DNA from: Candidatus Krumholzibacteriia bacterium
GTDB lineage: Bacteria > Krumholzibacteriota > Krumholzibacteriia > JAJRXK01
DNA: 64,000 nt
Direction: 5' to 3'
Assembly: GCA_041484665.1 (NCBI GenBank)
Contig: JBGPIA010000015.1
Location: forward strand, 32,001 to 96,000
Part shown: positions 48,847 to 59,508 of the stretch, piece by piece
How the letters are laid out: every line of letters starts with the position of its first letter
How positions within the stretch are numbered: the first letter of the stretch is position 1
Made by a program: the position numbers and the translations under genes
The notes under the pieces: model-generated
Databases searched by the model: none
Told to the model about the DNA's origin: nothing
Seen by the model: only the letters and a program-made list of their open reading frames with translations

Positions 48847-50058
48847 CTAGTCGTGCTGCAGGGCCGCCGCGGGTTGGACGCGCGTGGCCATCCAGCTGGG
48901 ATAGAGCCCGCACAGCGCCACGAGCCCAAACAGCAGGGCCACGGCCTCCGCCAGACCGTACACGTAGACCCGCGCGGGGAGGAAGTCCAACACGCGCAAG
49001 ATCGGCAGCTGGACGAAGAGCAACGCGCCCAGGCCCATGGCCAGAGCCGCGATCATGAGCACCTCGCCCAGCACCTGCCGCTGGACCGCGCGGCTGGTGG
49101 CCCCCAGCGCCCGTCGCAGCCCCAGCTCGGCCGTCCGGCGCGTCACATTCTGCCACAGGACGCCTGTGAGGCCGAAGCCCACCATCAGCACGAGGAAGCC
49201 GGCGAGGGTCGCCAGGATCACCAGCGGGAGCAGGTAGAAGCGCAGCCGGACCTCGCGCTCGTGCTCTAACGTGTCGGCCCGCAGGCTCCAGGTGGGGACG
49301 ACGCGCTGCAAGCTCGTCAGCAGCTCGCGCTCGAAGCTCGCCGTGGTGCCCGGGCGAACGCGCACCAGCAGCTCGCGGGGCGGCAGATCCGCGATGTCAT
49401 CCATCCGGGCTGGATAGTACCCGACGAAGGGTGCCGCGAGGACCTCGCCGTGGCGCCGGTAGTCCTGGAACACCCCGACCACTCGGAAATCGGTCCGGGT
49501 CGAATCCGCATCGGCACGGGTCCGCAGCCGCTCGCCCAGGGGAGCCGCGTTGCCGAAGCGGGCCAGCGCTAGATTGCGCGAGATCACCACCGGTACCCAT
49601 CCCAACCCCCGGTCGCCCTCCCCGAACCAGCGGCCTGCGAGCAGGCGCAGGCCCAACGCGCGCGGCAGGTCGTCGGTCGCCGGACCGAACTGCACGTCCA
49701 TTTCCTGGCCGGCGATATCGAAGGTCCAGGAGCTGGTGCTGGTCGAGTAGGGAGAATTGTCCATCAACGCTGCGGCCTCGACGCCTTGGAGCTGGCGGGC
49801 CTCCTCCAAGACGCGGCGCAGGCCCTGCAGGACATCGCGTCGCTGCTCCTGCGGTGCCCGGTAGTATTGCCAGGAGCCGACCTGCACGTGCCAGGTGTCC
49901 CGGTACTCAAAACCCCGCGGCCGGTGCCAGTTGTCCAGCATGAAGGCCACGCCCGTGCCGACGGCGCAGAGCACCAGGAAGCAGACGAGCATCTCGGCGA
50001 AGATCAGCGCGCTCGAGCGCTTGCGGTTCCAGACGAGACGGAAGAGATGACGGATCAC
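48847..50058 (-). CDS. ABC permease (MacB/FtsX-like)
   Basis: RRTAELGLRRALGA, 4 TM plus periplasmic domain, PAAALQHD. Confidence 0.88.
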   Translation of the reverse strand: MIRHLFRLVWNRKRSSALIFAEMLVCFLVLCAVGTGVAFMLDNWHRPRGFEYRDTWHVQVGSWQYYRAPQEQRRDVLQGLRRVLEEARQLQGVEAAALMDNSPYSTSTSSWTFDIAGQEMDVQFGPATDDLPRALGLRLLAGRWFGEGDRGLGWVPVVISRNLALARFGNAAPLGERLRTRADADSTRTDFRVVGVFQDYRRHGEVLAAPFVGYYPARMDDIADLPPRELLVRVRPGTTASFERELLTSLQRVVPTWSLRADTLEHEREVRLRFYLLPLVILATLAGFLVLMVGFGLTGVLWQNVTRRTAELGLRRALGATSRAVQRQVLGEVLMIAALAMGLGALLFVQLPILRVLDFLPARVYVYGLAEAVALLFGLVALCGLYPSWMATRVQPAAALQHD

Positions 50059-50080
50059 GGTCGCCTCCCAAGACGATGGG

Positions 50081-51319
50081 CTAGTGGATCTGCAGCGCGG
50101 CAACGGGATGCAGGCGTGACATGCGCCACGCCGGATAGACGCCCGAGAGCACGCCGAAGAACACGGCCAGCACGAGAGCGCCGGCGAAGACGCGCACGTT
50201 CAGGGTGAACCGCGCGTAGGGGACCAGACCCGTGTGGCCGATCCAGTTCAGGATGAAGAGCGACACGACGAGCCCGATGGCTCCGCCGACCAGGCACAGC
50301 AGGACGTTCTCCAGCACGAACTGGCGCACCAGGGTCGCCGGCGATGCCCCGAACGCCTTGCGCACCCCGATCTCACTGCTACGCTCGTAGATGCGGCTCA
50401 TATTGATGCTGACGAGGTTCATGGTGGGCAGAAGCATAAACAGCAGCATCCCGACCCCCAGCAGCCCGATGAACTGCCCCAGCCGGCTCTCGCCGGGGCG
50501 CGCTCCCAGCAGCTCGGAGGGCAGCTGCTCGTAGGACGTCAGCAGCGCCCCGCGCATGGAGTCGTAGGCCTGGGGATCGGGGAGCTCGACGCGGAGCAGC
50601 CGCTGCTGGAACTCCTCCTTCAGCCGCGGGAAATCGCGGCGGTCCTTGGCGAGCACCATGGCCTGGAAACCGTGCATGAACTCGCTGCGGTACTGCTGCG
50701 AGGGGGACGTGCCGATGGGAACCCATATGTCGGAGAATGCGATGGCCCGGTCGGCCGGCACGTTCTCCACCACGCCCACGACCCGGAAGCTGCGGCCGCC
50801 CAGATCGATGCTTTGACCGACCGCCGGGGCGCCGTCGCCGAGCAGGCGGTGGCGGGTTGCGGCATTGATCACGGCGACCGGGTTGGCGTCGTGATCGTCC
50901 TGGGCGCTGAAGGGCCCGCCTTCCAGGAAGCGGAAGCGGAGGATCCGCCAGAAGTCCCCGTCGGTCCGCTTGAGCTTGCACTCCACCCTCTGCTCGCCGA
51001 CGTAGGAGACTGCAGTGGCCTGCTCGCTGAGAATCGATACCGCTTCGACGCCCGGCAGCGTTCGTACGTAGCGGTCCAGGAACGCGTAGCCTGGATTGCC
51101 GGAGGTGCGGTTGTCCGGGCCCGACATCTCCACGGAGGTCAAGCGCAGCGTGCGGTCCAGGTGATTCTCCGGCGGCAGCGGGGCGACGGCGTGGTCGAGC
51201 AGCGCCACCAGCACCGTCAGCACGACGAGCGTGAAGCTGATGCAGGAGAGACTGACGGCGGCGAAGAACTTCCGCCGCATCAGCACGCGGAATCCGATCT
51301 TGATGATGTTGCCGAGCAT
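50081..51319 (-). CDS. ABC permease (MacB/FtsX-like)
   Basis: ERSSEIGVRKAFGA, GVYPAWRMSRL. Confidence 0.88.
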   Translation of the reverse strand: MLGNIIKIGFRVLMRRKFFAAVSLSCISFTLVVLTVLVALLDHAVAPLPPENHLDRTLRLTSVEMSGPDNRTSGNPGYAFLDRYVRTLPGVEAVSILSEQATAVSYVGEQRVECKLKRTDGDFWRILRFRFLEGGPFSAQDDHDANPVAVINAATRHRLLGDGAPAVGQSIDLGGRSFRVVGVVENVPADRAIAFSDIWVPIGTSPSQQYRSEFMHGFQAMVLAKDRRDFPRLKEEFQQRLLRVELPDPQAYDSMRGALLTSYEQLPSELLGARPGESRLGQFIGLLGVGMLLFMLLPTMNLVSINMSRIYERSSEIGVRKAFGASPATLVRQFVLENVLLCLVGGAIGLVVSLFILNWIGHTGLVPYARFTLNVRVFAGALVLAVFFGVLSGVYPAWRMSRLHPVAALQIH

Positions 51320-51358
51320 GCGATCCTCCCGGGCGGAGTGTGCGCCGCGACGGCCGCC

Positions 51359-52110
<752 letters not shown>

Positions 52111-52114
<4 letters not shown>

Positions 52115-53367
52115 CGCAGGGCCACCTCCTCCTGATGCAGGTGATCGCTCATGTCCGAGACGATGACTTCGTCTCCCTCCGCCAGGCCGGAGACGACCTC
52201 GTACTGCTCGAAGCTGGCCAGCCCCAGCTCGATGCGCGTGCGCAGCGCGCGGTCGTGGCGGATCACGAACGCGACCGTGGTGCCGTCGGGGGCCCCGAAG
52301 CTCCCGCGTGGGAGCAGCAGCACGCCGGGCTTGCTTGCCACCACCGCGTAGACGTCCACGCGCAGGTTGGGCCGCAGGTGCGGGTTGCGTCCGTTCCGCA
52401 GCGCCACCTCGAAGGTGATCGCTCCATTGTCCACGGCGGGATGCACGCTGCTGATCTCGCCCGGCTCGATCGCATCACCGATCCGCACCCGGGCGGGCAT
52501 GCCGGCGCGCAGGCTGCCGGCGTGTACATCCGAGACCGTGGCCTGTACGCGGAAGGAGCCCAGGTCGGCGACGCGGGCCAGCACGTCTCCCTTGCGCACG
52601 GCTGCGCCCTCGCTGGTCACGACCCAGGTGAGCACGCCGTCGCGGTCGGACACGGCCGCGGCCAGCTGCAGCTCGTGCTCGGCTTCCGCGCGCTGCTTGC
52701 GCAAGATCTTCATCTCCAGGGCGAGCCCCTCTCTGCGCACGGCGTGATCGCGTTCGGCCGTGGTCAACGATGCCTGCAGCTGCTCGAGCTCGATGCGCGC
52801 CCGGTCGACGTCGGTATCCGACTTGCGCGCCGCGTCCTCGGTAGTGAGCCCGCCCTCGAACAGCGTGCGGTTGCGCGTGGCGGTGAATTGCAGCGACTTC
52901 AGCTCCAGGGCCTTGATGTCACACTGGCGGTGGAGGCTGCTGCGGGTGCTCTCCAGCTCGAGGGCGATGCGCTGCTGCTCGTTGGCCTTCAGGGCGATCT
53001 GGTCATCGAGGGTGTCGACCGCCAGGCGGGATGCGCCCACGTCCAGCTCGACGATCGGCTCCCCCTTGGCGATGGTGGCCCCGGGCTCCTTGAGAATGCG
53101 CGTGATGCGCGTGTCGACCGGGCTGGCCAGGATCTGCTCGAACTGCGGCACGATCACACCGGTGGCGCTAAGCGTCGCCTCGATCGGGCCGCGCACGACG
53201 CGGGCGGTGCGGATGCGGCTGCGGCGCACCGAGGGCTGCATCCAACCCGCGGCCAGCGCCAGCAGCGCGATCGCCACCAGCGATCCGCCCAGGACGAACG
53301 AGCCCGTGCGCAGGCGCCGCTGCAGGAGCAGGCGGGAATCGAGGGGCCGGTCCATTGCGTCGGTCAT
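52111..53367 (-). CDS. Periplasmic adaptor/membrane fusion protein (HlyD/MacA-like)
   Basis: N-terminal TM, lipoyl halves, long coiled coil, SGLAEGDEVIVSD. Confidence 0.88.
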
Positions 53368-53380
53368 GATCCAGTGCTAC

Positions 53381-53396
53381 AGCAACGACCGTGCTC
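53381..53396 (-). promoter_or_regulatory. Sigma54-like -24/-12 element with non-canonical AG in place of GG
   Basis: Minus strand GAGCACGGTCGTTGCT versus consensus TGGCACG-N4-TTGCW. Confidence 0.45.
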
Positions 53397-53449
53397 GGAC
53401 GGAACTGGTTGATTGCGTAGAAGTTGCGAGGTTGGGCGCGTGGCGCTGC

Positions 53450-53486
53450 TGTTCGTCTTCGCACACGCGCTGTCCGGAGACGGACA
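53450..53486. promoter_or_regulatory. Tandem palindromic activator-binding sites
   Basis: TGTCCG-gaga-CGGACA (53471-53486, perfect) and TGTTCG-tctt-CGCACA (53450-53465), 21 bp apart. Confidence 0.6.
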
Positions 53487-53749
53487 GCCGACGGTGGGCC
53501 GTGCGGCGGGGATACGGTAGACTCACCTGCCACGTCCGGGGTGCGCGGGATCAGCGCCGGGTCAGCGCGGCGCCAGCGAGGGAGGCGCTAGCAAGGGACC
53601 GACGCGGGGCCGCGCACTGCCAACGCAGAGCCAGCGCGGGCCGGCGTCGAGCCCCCCGGACAACCAGCGGCGGACTGGCGTCGAGTCCGTGACGGCAGCC
53701 CTGCGGCCGGCGACTCCCCCCGTCCCATTGCGCCCGCGGGCGTTTCCCG

Positions 53750-56191
53750 ATGCGTGAGAAGCTCGCCCACTACCAGATCGTCCGGCTGCTCGGCGAGGGC
53801 GGCATGGGCGTGGTGTACGCGGCGCGCGACGAGCGCCTGGGCCGCATGGTCGCCATCAAGACCATCCGCGAGTCCACCTCCGACACCCAGGCGCGCCAGC
53901 GCCTGTGGCGGGAGGCCCGCGCCGCCGCCAGCGTCAACCACCCCAACATCTGCCAGGTCTACGAGGTCGGCGAGGAGGACGGCGAGCTCTACATCACCAT
54001 GGAGCTGCTGGAAGGAAGCCCGCTGGCCGCGCGCATCGCCCAGGGCCCCCTGCCGCCCGACGAGGCGATCGAGCTGGCGCTGGGAATCCTCGCGGCCCTC
54101 GAAGCGCTGCACCAGCGCGACGTCATCCACCGCGACCTCAAACCGACCAATGTCTTCCTGACGCCGCATGGTGTGAAGCTCCTGGACTTCGGGCTGGCGC
54201 GGCCGGTGCGCGCCGACCTGCTGCACACCGACGTGCGCCTGACCATGCCCGGCGTCGCCGTGGGCACGCCGCGCTACATGGCACCCGAGCAGTGGACCGA
54301 TGTGGAGGCGGCCCCCGCGTGCGACCTGTTCGCCGCCGGGGCGCTGTTGTTCGAGATGCTCACGGGCAAGCCCGCCTTCGGCGGCCAGACGCTGCTGGAG
54401 GTCTACCACGCCATCGTCCACGAGGAGCCGCCCGCATTGGCCGGAGGGCAGGAGGTCATGGCGCTCGACCGCGTGCTGCAGCGCGCGCTGGCCAAGCGCC
54501 CGCAGGACCGCTACCCCAGCGCGGCGGCCATGGCGGACGAGCTGCGCTCAGTCTCGCGGCGTCTCGAGTTCGCACCGGTGCGACAGGTGCGGGCCATGAA
54601 GCGGCTGATCGTGCTGCCCTTCCGCCTGCTGCGGCCCGATCCCGAGATCGAGTTTCTGTCGTTCAGCCTGCCCGACGCCATCACCGTGTCGCTCTCGGGC
54701 GTGGACGGGCTGATCGTGCGCAGCAGCGCCACCGCCGCGCGCTTCGCGGCAGACAGCCCCGACCTCAAGCTGATCGCGTCCGAGGCGGGCGTCGATGCCG
54801 TGCTGTGCGGCACGCTCTTGCGCGCGCGCGATCAGGTGCGCGTGACCACGCAGCTCGTGGAGACCCCGGGCGGGACGCTGCTCTGCTCGCGCGTGTCCCA
54901 GGTGGCGCTGCGTGACATCTTCCAGCTGCAGGACGAGATGGCGGCGCAGATCGTCCAGTCGCTGGCCGTTCCGCTCGGGACGCCGCAGCCGGGCGGCGCG
55001 CGTTCCGATCTGTCGCGCAGTCCCAGCGGCGAGCGGCCGGGCGACTTGGCGCAGGAGGCCCGCCGGCAGCGGGACTCGAGGCGGTCGTTGGATCCGGACG
55101 GGCAGCGCGACTCGAGCGAGCCGTTGGATCCGGGTCGGTCGCAGGGCCCCAGTCACCCGCCGGAGGGTCACCCGCCGGAGGGAGCGCACCTTGCGCTGCC
55201 ACAGCGTGACGTGCCGGCCAGCTCCAAGGGCTACGAGCTGTACCTGCGCGCAAACCAGCTCGCCTACAACATGCGGCTGCTGGCGGAGGCGCGCGACCTG
55301 TATGTGGGCTGTCTGAAGGAGGATCCGGGATATGCCCCGGCGTGGGCCCGCCTGGGGCGCGCGTACCGGGTGATGGCCAAATACGGCCACGGAGAGCCGG
55401 ACGAGTACTACCGGCTGGCGCAGGAGGCCTTCGACCGGGCGTTCGCGCTCAATCCCGACCTGACCATCGCGCACAACCTCTACACCAATTTCGAGGTGGA
55501 GGCGGGACGCGCGACGCAGTCGATGGTGCGCCTGCTCGCGCGGGCTGCGGCCAGCCCCGCCGACCCCGAGCTGTTCGCGGGCCTGGTGCTGACGTGCCGC
55601 TTCTGCGGGCTGTTGCAGGCCTCCGTCGCCGCGGACCGGCGCGCTCGCCGTCTCGACCCGGGCGTGCGCACGAGCGTCGCGTTCACGTATTGGATGCTCG
55701 AGGACTACCCGAACGCCATGCACTATGACGACGAGCACGAGCGCTTCGTGCTCCACTACTCGATGCCGATGATCGGCCGTGAGCAGGAGGCCATCGCGCG
55801 CTACCGCGAGCAAGAGCTGAGTGGGACCGGACTGGCGGGCACCATTGCGCGCGCGACCCGCGCGGCGCTGGAGCACAACCGCGAAGAGTGCGTGGAGGCC
55901 GTGCACGTCATCCTGGGCTCGGGATTCCGCGATCCCGAGGGGCTCATGTTCGCGGCGCGCGGAGTCGCTCGAGTGGGAGACGCGCCGCTGGCGCTGGACA
56001 TCCTGGGACGCGTCGTCGCAGGCGGGCTGTTCTGCGCGCGGACGCTGCGTACCGATCCCGGGCTGGAGTCGCTGCGGGGCGAAGCCCGGTTCGCGGCCAT
56101 TACTCAGCGCGCGGAGGCCGGCGTACGGGAGGCGGCGGAAGCCTACGAGCGGGCGGGCGGGGAACGGCTGCTGGGGATGGGAGCGAGCTGA
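53750..56191 (+). CDS. Hanks-type Ser/Thr kinase with TolB-N-like and TPR regions
   Basis: LGEGGMGVVY, VAIK, HRDLKPTN, DFGLA, GTPRYMAPE; LIVLPF; helical repeats. Confidence 0.92.
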   Translation: MREKLAHYQIVRLLGEGGMGVVYAARDERLGRMVAIKTIRESTSDTQARQRLWREARAAASVNHPNICQVYEVGEEDGELYITMELLEGSPLAARIAQGPLPPDEAIELALGILAALEALHQRDVIHRDLKPTNVFLTPHGVKLLDFGLARPVRADLLHTDVRLTMPGVAVGTPRYMAPEQWTDVEAAPACDLFAAGALLFEMLTGKPAFGGQTLLEVYHAIVHEEPPALAGGQEVMALDRVLQRALAKRPQDRYPSAAAMADELRSVSRRLEFAPVRQVRAMKRLIVLPFRLLRPDPEIEFLSFSLPDAITVSLSGVDGLIVRSSATAARFAADSPDLKLIASEAGVDAVLCGTLLRARDQVRVTTQLVETPGGTLLCSRVSQVALRDIFQLQDEMAAQIVQSLAVPLGTPQPGGARSDLSRSPSGERPGDLAQEARRQRDSRRSLDPDGQRDSSEPLDPGRSQGPSHPPEGHPPEGAHLALPQRDVPASSKGYELYLRANQLAYNMRLLAEARDLYVGCLKEDPGYAPAWARLGRAYRVMAKYGHGEPDEYYRLAQEAFDRAFALNPDLTIAHNLYTNFEVEAGRATQSMVRLLARAAASPADPELFAGLVLTCRFCGLLQASVAADRRARRLDPGVRTSVAFTYWMLEDYPNAMHYDDEHERFVLHYSMPMIGREQEAIARYREQELSGTGLAGTIARATRAALEHNREECVEAVHVILGSGFRDPEGLMFAARGVARVGDAPLALDILGRVVAGGLFCARTLRTDPGLESLRGEARFAAITQRAEAGVREAAEAYERAGGERLLGMGAS

Positions 56192-56277
56192 GAGGCGCGG
56201 CGCACGAAGAGCGGTTGGTGCCGGTGACAACGGAAGGCTCGGCGCCGACAGCGCGGTGAACGGTCGCGGAGCGGATG

Positions 56278-57338
56278 CTACGGGACCATGTTGTTCGCCA
56301 GCAATTCCCTGTAGATGACGTCCGCGATCACATGGTACCCAGCCGGACGGCAGTGGCCGTCCTTCTCGTAGTACATGCTCTCCGTCTTCGAAGCCTCTTG
56401 CAGCGCGGGCAATGTACTGATGACGAGGACCTGGTTGCGTTTTCCCCACTCCGCCAATCTCTGTCCCGGGTAGGCGTGCTCCGGCAACCATGGGCCGGCC
56501 TGCGGGATGTGCACGATCACGAGGCGAGCTCCGGCAGACTCCGTGAGCTCCTTGATACGCCCGAGCTCCGCCTCGGCCTTCTGCCACTCCTTCTCGTGGA
56601 AGCCGTTCGCCCGGTAGACTTGCTCGAAATCGGGCGGAATTTCCTTGAGGCGTTGGCGTTCGAGGTACTTGGCCAGAATGACGCGAAAGAAATGGGAATG
56701 CAGGTAGAGCTGCGCCCCAATCGGGCCCATGCGCGCGGCGTCCTTCGTGACCAGGTAGCCGGACGGATCTACTGAGACCGCGTCCAGCCCCAGGTAGGTG
56801 TCCACGATATCGTTGGGAAGGAACCCGACCAGCACCAGATCGGGTCGATATCGCACGCCGTAGTGCTCCAGGAGCATCCGCTCAGGTTCCGGGAAATAGC
56901 GACCGACCCCCGTCTTGATGATCTCCACGCGAGGGTGTCCCCCCCCCCCCCCCGCGCATTGAGCGTCTCCTCGAGCCTGGCCAGATACGTATCCTCGAAC
57001 AACGCGCCGGCGCCGTAGGTGAAGCTGTCACCCAGCCCTACGATCCGGAAAGTCCCCGGCGGCTTCTCGTACGTGTGCTCGACGTCGCGGAAGCCGAAGC
57101 TATTGTGCGCATAGACGTAGTCGAACTCGTCGGTGGGCGAGTGGCCTCGATGCGTGATCGAGGGCTTGGGCTTGTACGGCAAGTAGGGATCGGAGACGTG
57201 ATCGCCGTACTGGTTGTCCAGGCGCGGCGCCTGGTGCCGCGCGCGCGTGGTGATTTCCAGGACACCGAAAATGAGCGCCACCGTCACCAGCAGGTACGCG
57301 AGGAAGAAGAGTCCGTGCTTGAGGCGACGTGGGATCAT
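56278..57338 (-). pseudogene. SGNH/GDSL hydrolase-family protein split by a G15 tract (56939-56953)
   Basis: N-part: TM, NSFGFRD, GLGDSFTYG; C-part in another frame: PDLVLVGFLPND, DGHC...GY; frames join with G13 or G16. Confidence 0.8.
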
Positions 57339-57636
57339 GAGCGGTTGAGCGATCAGCAGGTCCTTGACCGCCAGCGACTCAAGCGGCCGTCATTCGTCGT
57401 TCCAACCAAGGGTGCGAGCCCGCGCTGTGCGCAGGCAGCGCATATCCTAAGCGTGAGCAAGCACCGTACAGCCGCAACGCACGCTGGAGACGTGCGCAGG
57501 CGGAGTGCGCAGGTGGTATGCACGAGCATCGCACACTCCCGGTGCACGCAATCATCGCACGTCCGCAACGTACGCCCGCCGATGGGAACGGTCAAACGCT
57601 TTGGCATCCTTCGCTTCTGGGCGTTGAAGCGATGCG

Positions 57637-58725
57637 CTAGCGTTTCCCGTGGGCGCCCGCCGCCGCCAGCCGCTCGCGCGCCTGCCTCATGGCCGCTTCG
57701 TGCGGATCGATGTCCTCCGCGCGCGCCCGCGCGAGGACCGCGCGCAGCGTCGTGGCGATCCCGCGTACCCGCTGCTGCGCCTGCTCCGCAGACCACCCCA
57801 AGGCCTCCATGCCGGTGATCGCGACCGCGCCTCCACTGTTGATGGCGAAGTCGGGCGCATAGAGGATGCCGCGCTGGCGCAGCGACTGCGCGTCGGACGG
57901 CTGGGCAAGCTGGTTGTTGGCCGCGCCCGCGATTGCACGGCAGCGCAGGCGCGGGATCGTCTGGGCGTTGAGCGTGCCGCCCAGCGCGCACGGTGCCAGG
58001 ATGTCGCAGGCGAAGTCCGGCACGGCGTCCGGGGCAACGAACGTGACGCCCCGGCGGCGCCGCCAGAGGTCGACGGCCACGGCGTCGATGTCGGCAAATG
58101 CCGCGCGGGCGCCCGCTTCCAGCAACAGCTCGATCAACTGGCTCCCGACGCTGCCCGCGCCCTGCACCAGCACGCTGCGTCCACGCAGCGAGGGCTCGCC
58201 GAACAGCTCCTCGGCCACGGCTTGCATGGCGCTGAGCACGCCCAGCGCCGTGGCCCAGGCCGAGTCGCCGGCGCCGCCTTGCTGCGGCGTGCGGGAGAAG
58301 ACCCATGGCCCCGCGGTCTGCGCCACGATGTCCATGTCGGCGGGGCCGGTGCCCACGTCGGGTCCGGCCTGGTACCTTCCGCCGAGCTCGTGCACGATGC
58401 GGCCGTAGCGCTGCAGCAGGCCGGCGCGCTCGGCGGAGGACAGTGGGCGCGTCAGGCCGAGCACCGCTTTGCCCCCGCCGCGCGGGAAGTCGGCCAGCGC
58501 GAACTTCCAGGTCATCATGGCCGAGAGCTGGAGCGCGTCGCGCAGCGCTGCGTGGAAACTGGCGTAGGGCATCAGGCGCGTGCCGCCCGTGGCCGGGCCC
58601 AGGCGCGAGCTGTGCAGCGCGATGACGATCCAGGCTTCGGTCGGCCGGTCGACCTGCGCGAGAAGGCGCTCGCCGCCCCAGGCCTGCACCGCCGCCGAGT
58701 CGAGGATCGCGTCGTCGCCGCTCAG
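57637..58725 (-). CDS. Glu/Leu/Phe/Val dehydrogenase (leucine dehydrogenase-like)
   Basis: LGPATGGTR, MTWKFA, GGGK, GPDVGT, QGAGSVG, PCALG, GAANNQL, APDFAINSGG; start uncertain (CTG 58725 or GTG 58689). Confidence 0.9.
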   Translation of the reverse strand: MSGDDAILDSAAVQAWGGERLLAQVDRPTEAWIVIALHSSRLGPATGGTRLMPYASFHAALRDALQLSAMMTWKFALADFPRGGGKAVLGLTRPLSSAERAGLLQRYGRIVHELGGRYQAGPDVGTGPADMDIVAQTAGPWVFSRTPQQGGAGDSAWATALGVLSAMQAVAEELFGEPSLRGRSVLVQGAGSVGSQLIELLLEAGARAAFADIDAVAVDLWRRRRGVTFVAPDAVPDFACDILAPCALGGTLNAQTIPRLRCRAIAGAANNQLAQPSDAQSLRQRGILYAPDFAINSGGAVAITGMEALGWSAEQAQQRVRGIATTLRAVLARARAEDIDPHEAAMRQARERLAAAGAHGKR

Positions 58726-59246
58726 AGGTAACGCTCCCGCAGTACCGCGACGTGGTGGCGCTCGTGGCCGGCGATGATATAGGGAATCGCGCGGGCGGTG
58801 ATGGCGCGGTTGTTGGCGGTGCCGCGATGGTCCCAGGCCTGCGGGGCAACGCTCTCGAACAGCGTGACGTTGGCAGCGCGCAAGTGCGACCACTCCTCGG
58901 CCAGGCTGCGCAGGGAGCGCCCGTCGAAACCGGCGCCGGCCACGTAGGCATTCTCATCGAATCCGGGTAGCGGCCCGGTCTCGCCGCGCGCGATGGCCAG
59001 TGCGCGGTACGCGAAGATGCGCTCGGTATCGATGACATGGCCGACGACTTCCTTCACGCTCCACTTTCCGGGCGCGTAGCGGTAGGCCGCCTTGGCGTCG
59101 GGCATTGCGGTCAGCAGCGCGAGCGCGTCGTGCAGCTGCGAGCGCAGCCTCTGCAGGATGTCTCCGGCGGGGACGCGCGCGATGTAGCCGGAATAGTACG
59201 GAGGGTACTCGGTGGGCAGGGGGCGGACGGGTCCTGGAATGGGCAT
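58722..59246 (-). CDS. DinB/YfiT family protein
   Basis: YAPGKWSVKEVVGH..DTER, LPGFDEN, AGHERHH. Confidence 0.9.
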   Translation of the reverse strand: MPIPGPVRPLPTEYPPYYSGYIARVPAGDILQRLRSQLHDALALLTAMPDAKAAYRYAPGKWSVKEVVGHVIDTERIFAYRALAIARGETGPLPGFDENAYVAGAGFDGRSLRSLAEEWSHLRAANVTLFESVAPQAWDHRGTANNRAITARAIPYIIAGHERHHVAVLRERYL

Positions 59247-59508
59247 GGCGGTGGATCCTGCCTGTGGCGTGCTGGAGCGGCCCGGCCGAGCCGCGACCTG
59301 GAGCCGAAGGAGCCATGATAGGGCACGACGCCCGGGGGTTCCAGGGGGCGCGTTGAGCCGGGCGGGCGCACGATTGGGCAGGCGCGTGCACGGGCTCGCG
59401 TCCGGCCGGGCGCGCGGGTGGGTGGGCCCCCGCCGGCCCAGCCCGGTCAGGCGTCGGGCGGAGACCTGCTGTCTCCGGCCCTCCGGTGCGCTTTCGCGGT
59501 TCGGGCTG

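Noticed and set aside
58722..59246. DinB as DNA polymerase IV or an array-associated effector
   Set aside because: It is the small four-helix DinB/YfiT metalloprotein family with no polymerase or nuclease motifs; only proximity links it to the array.
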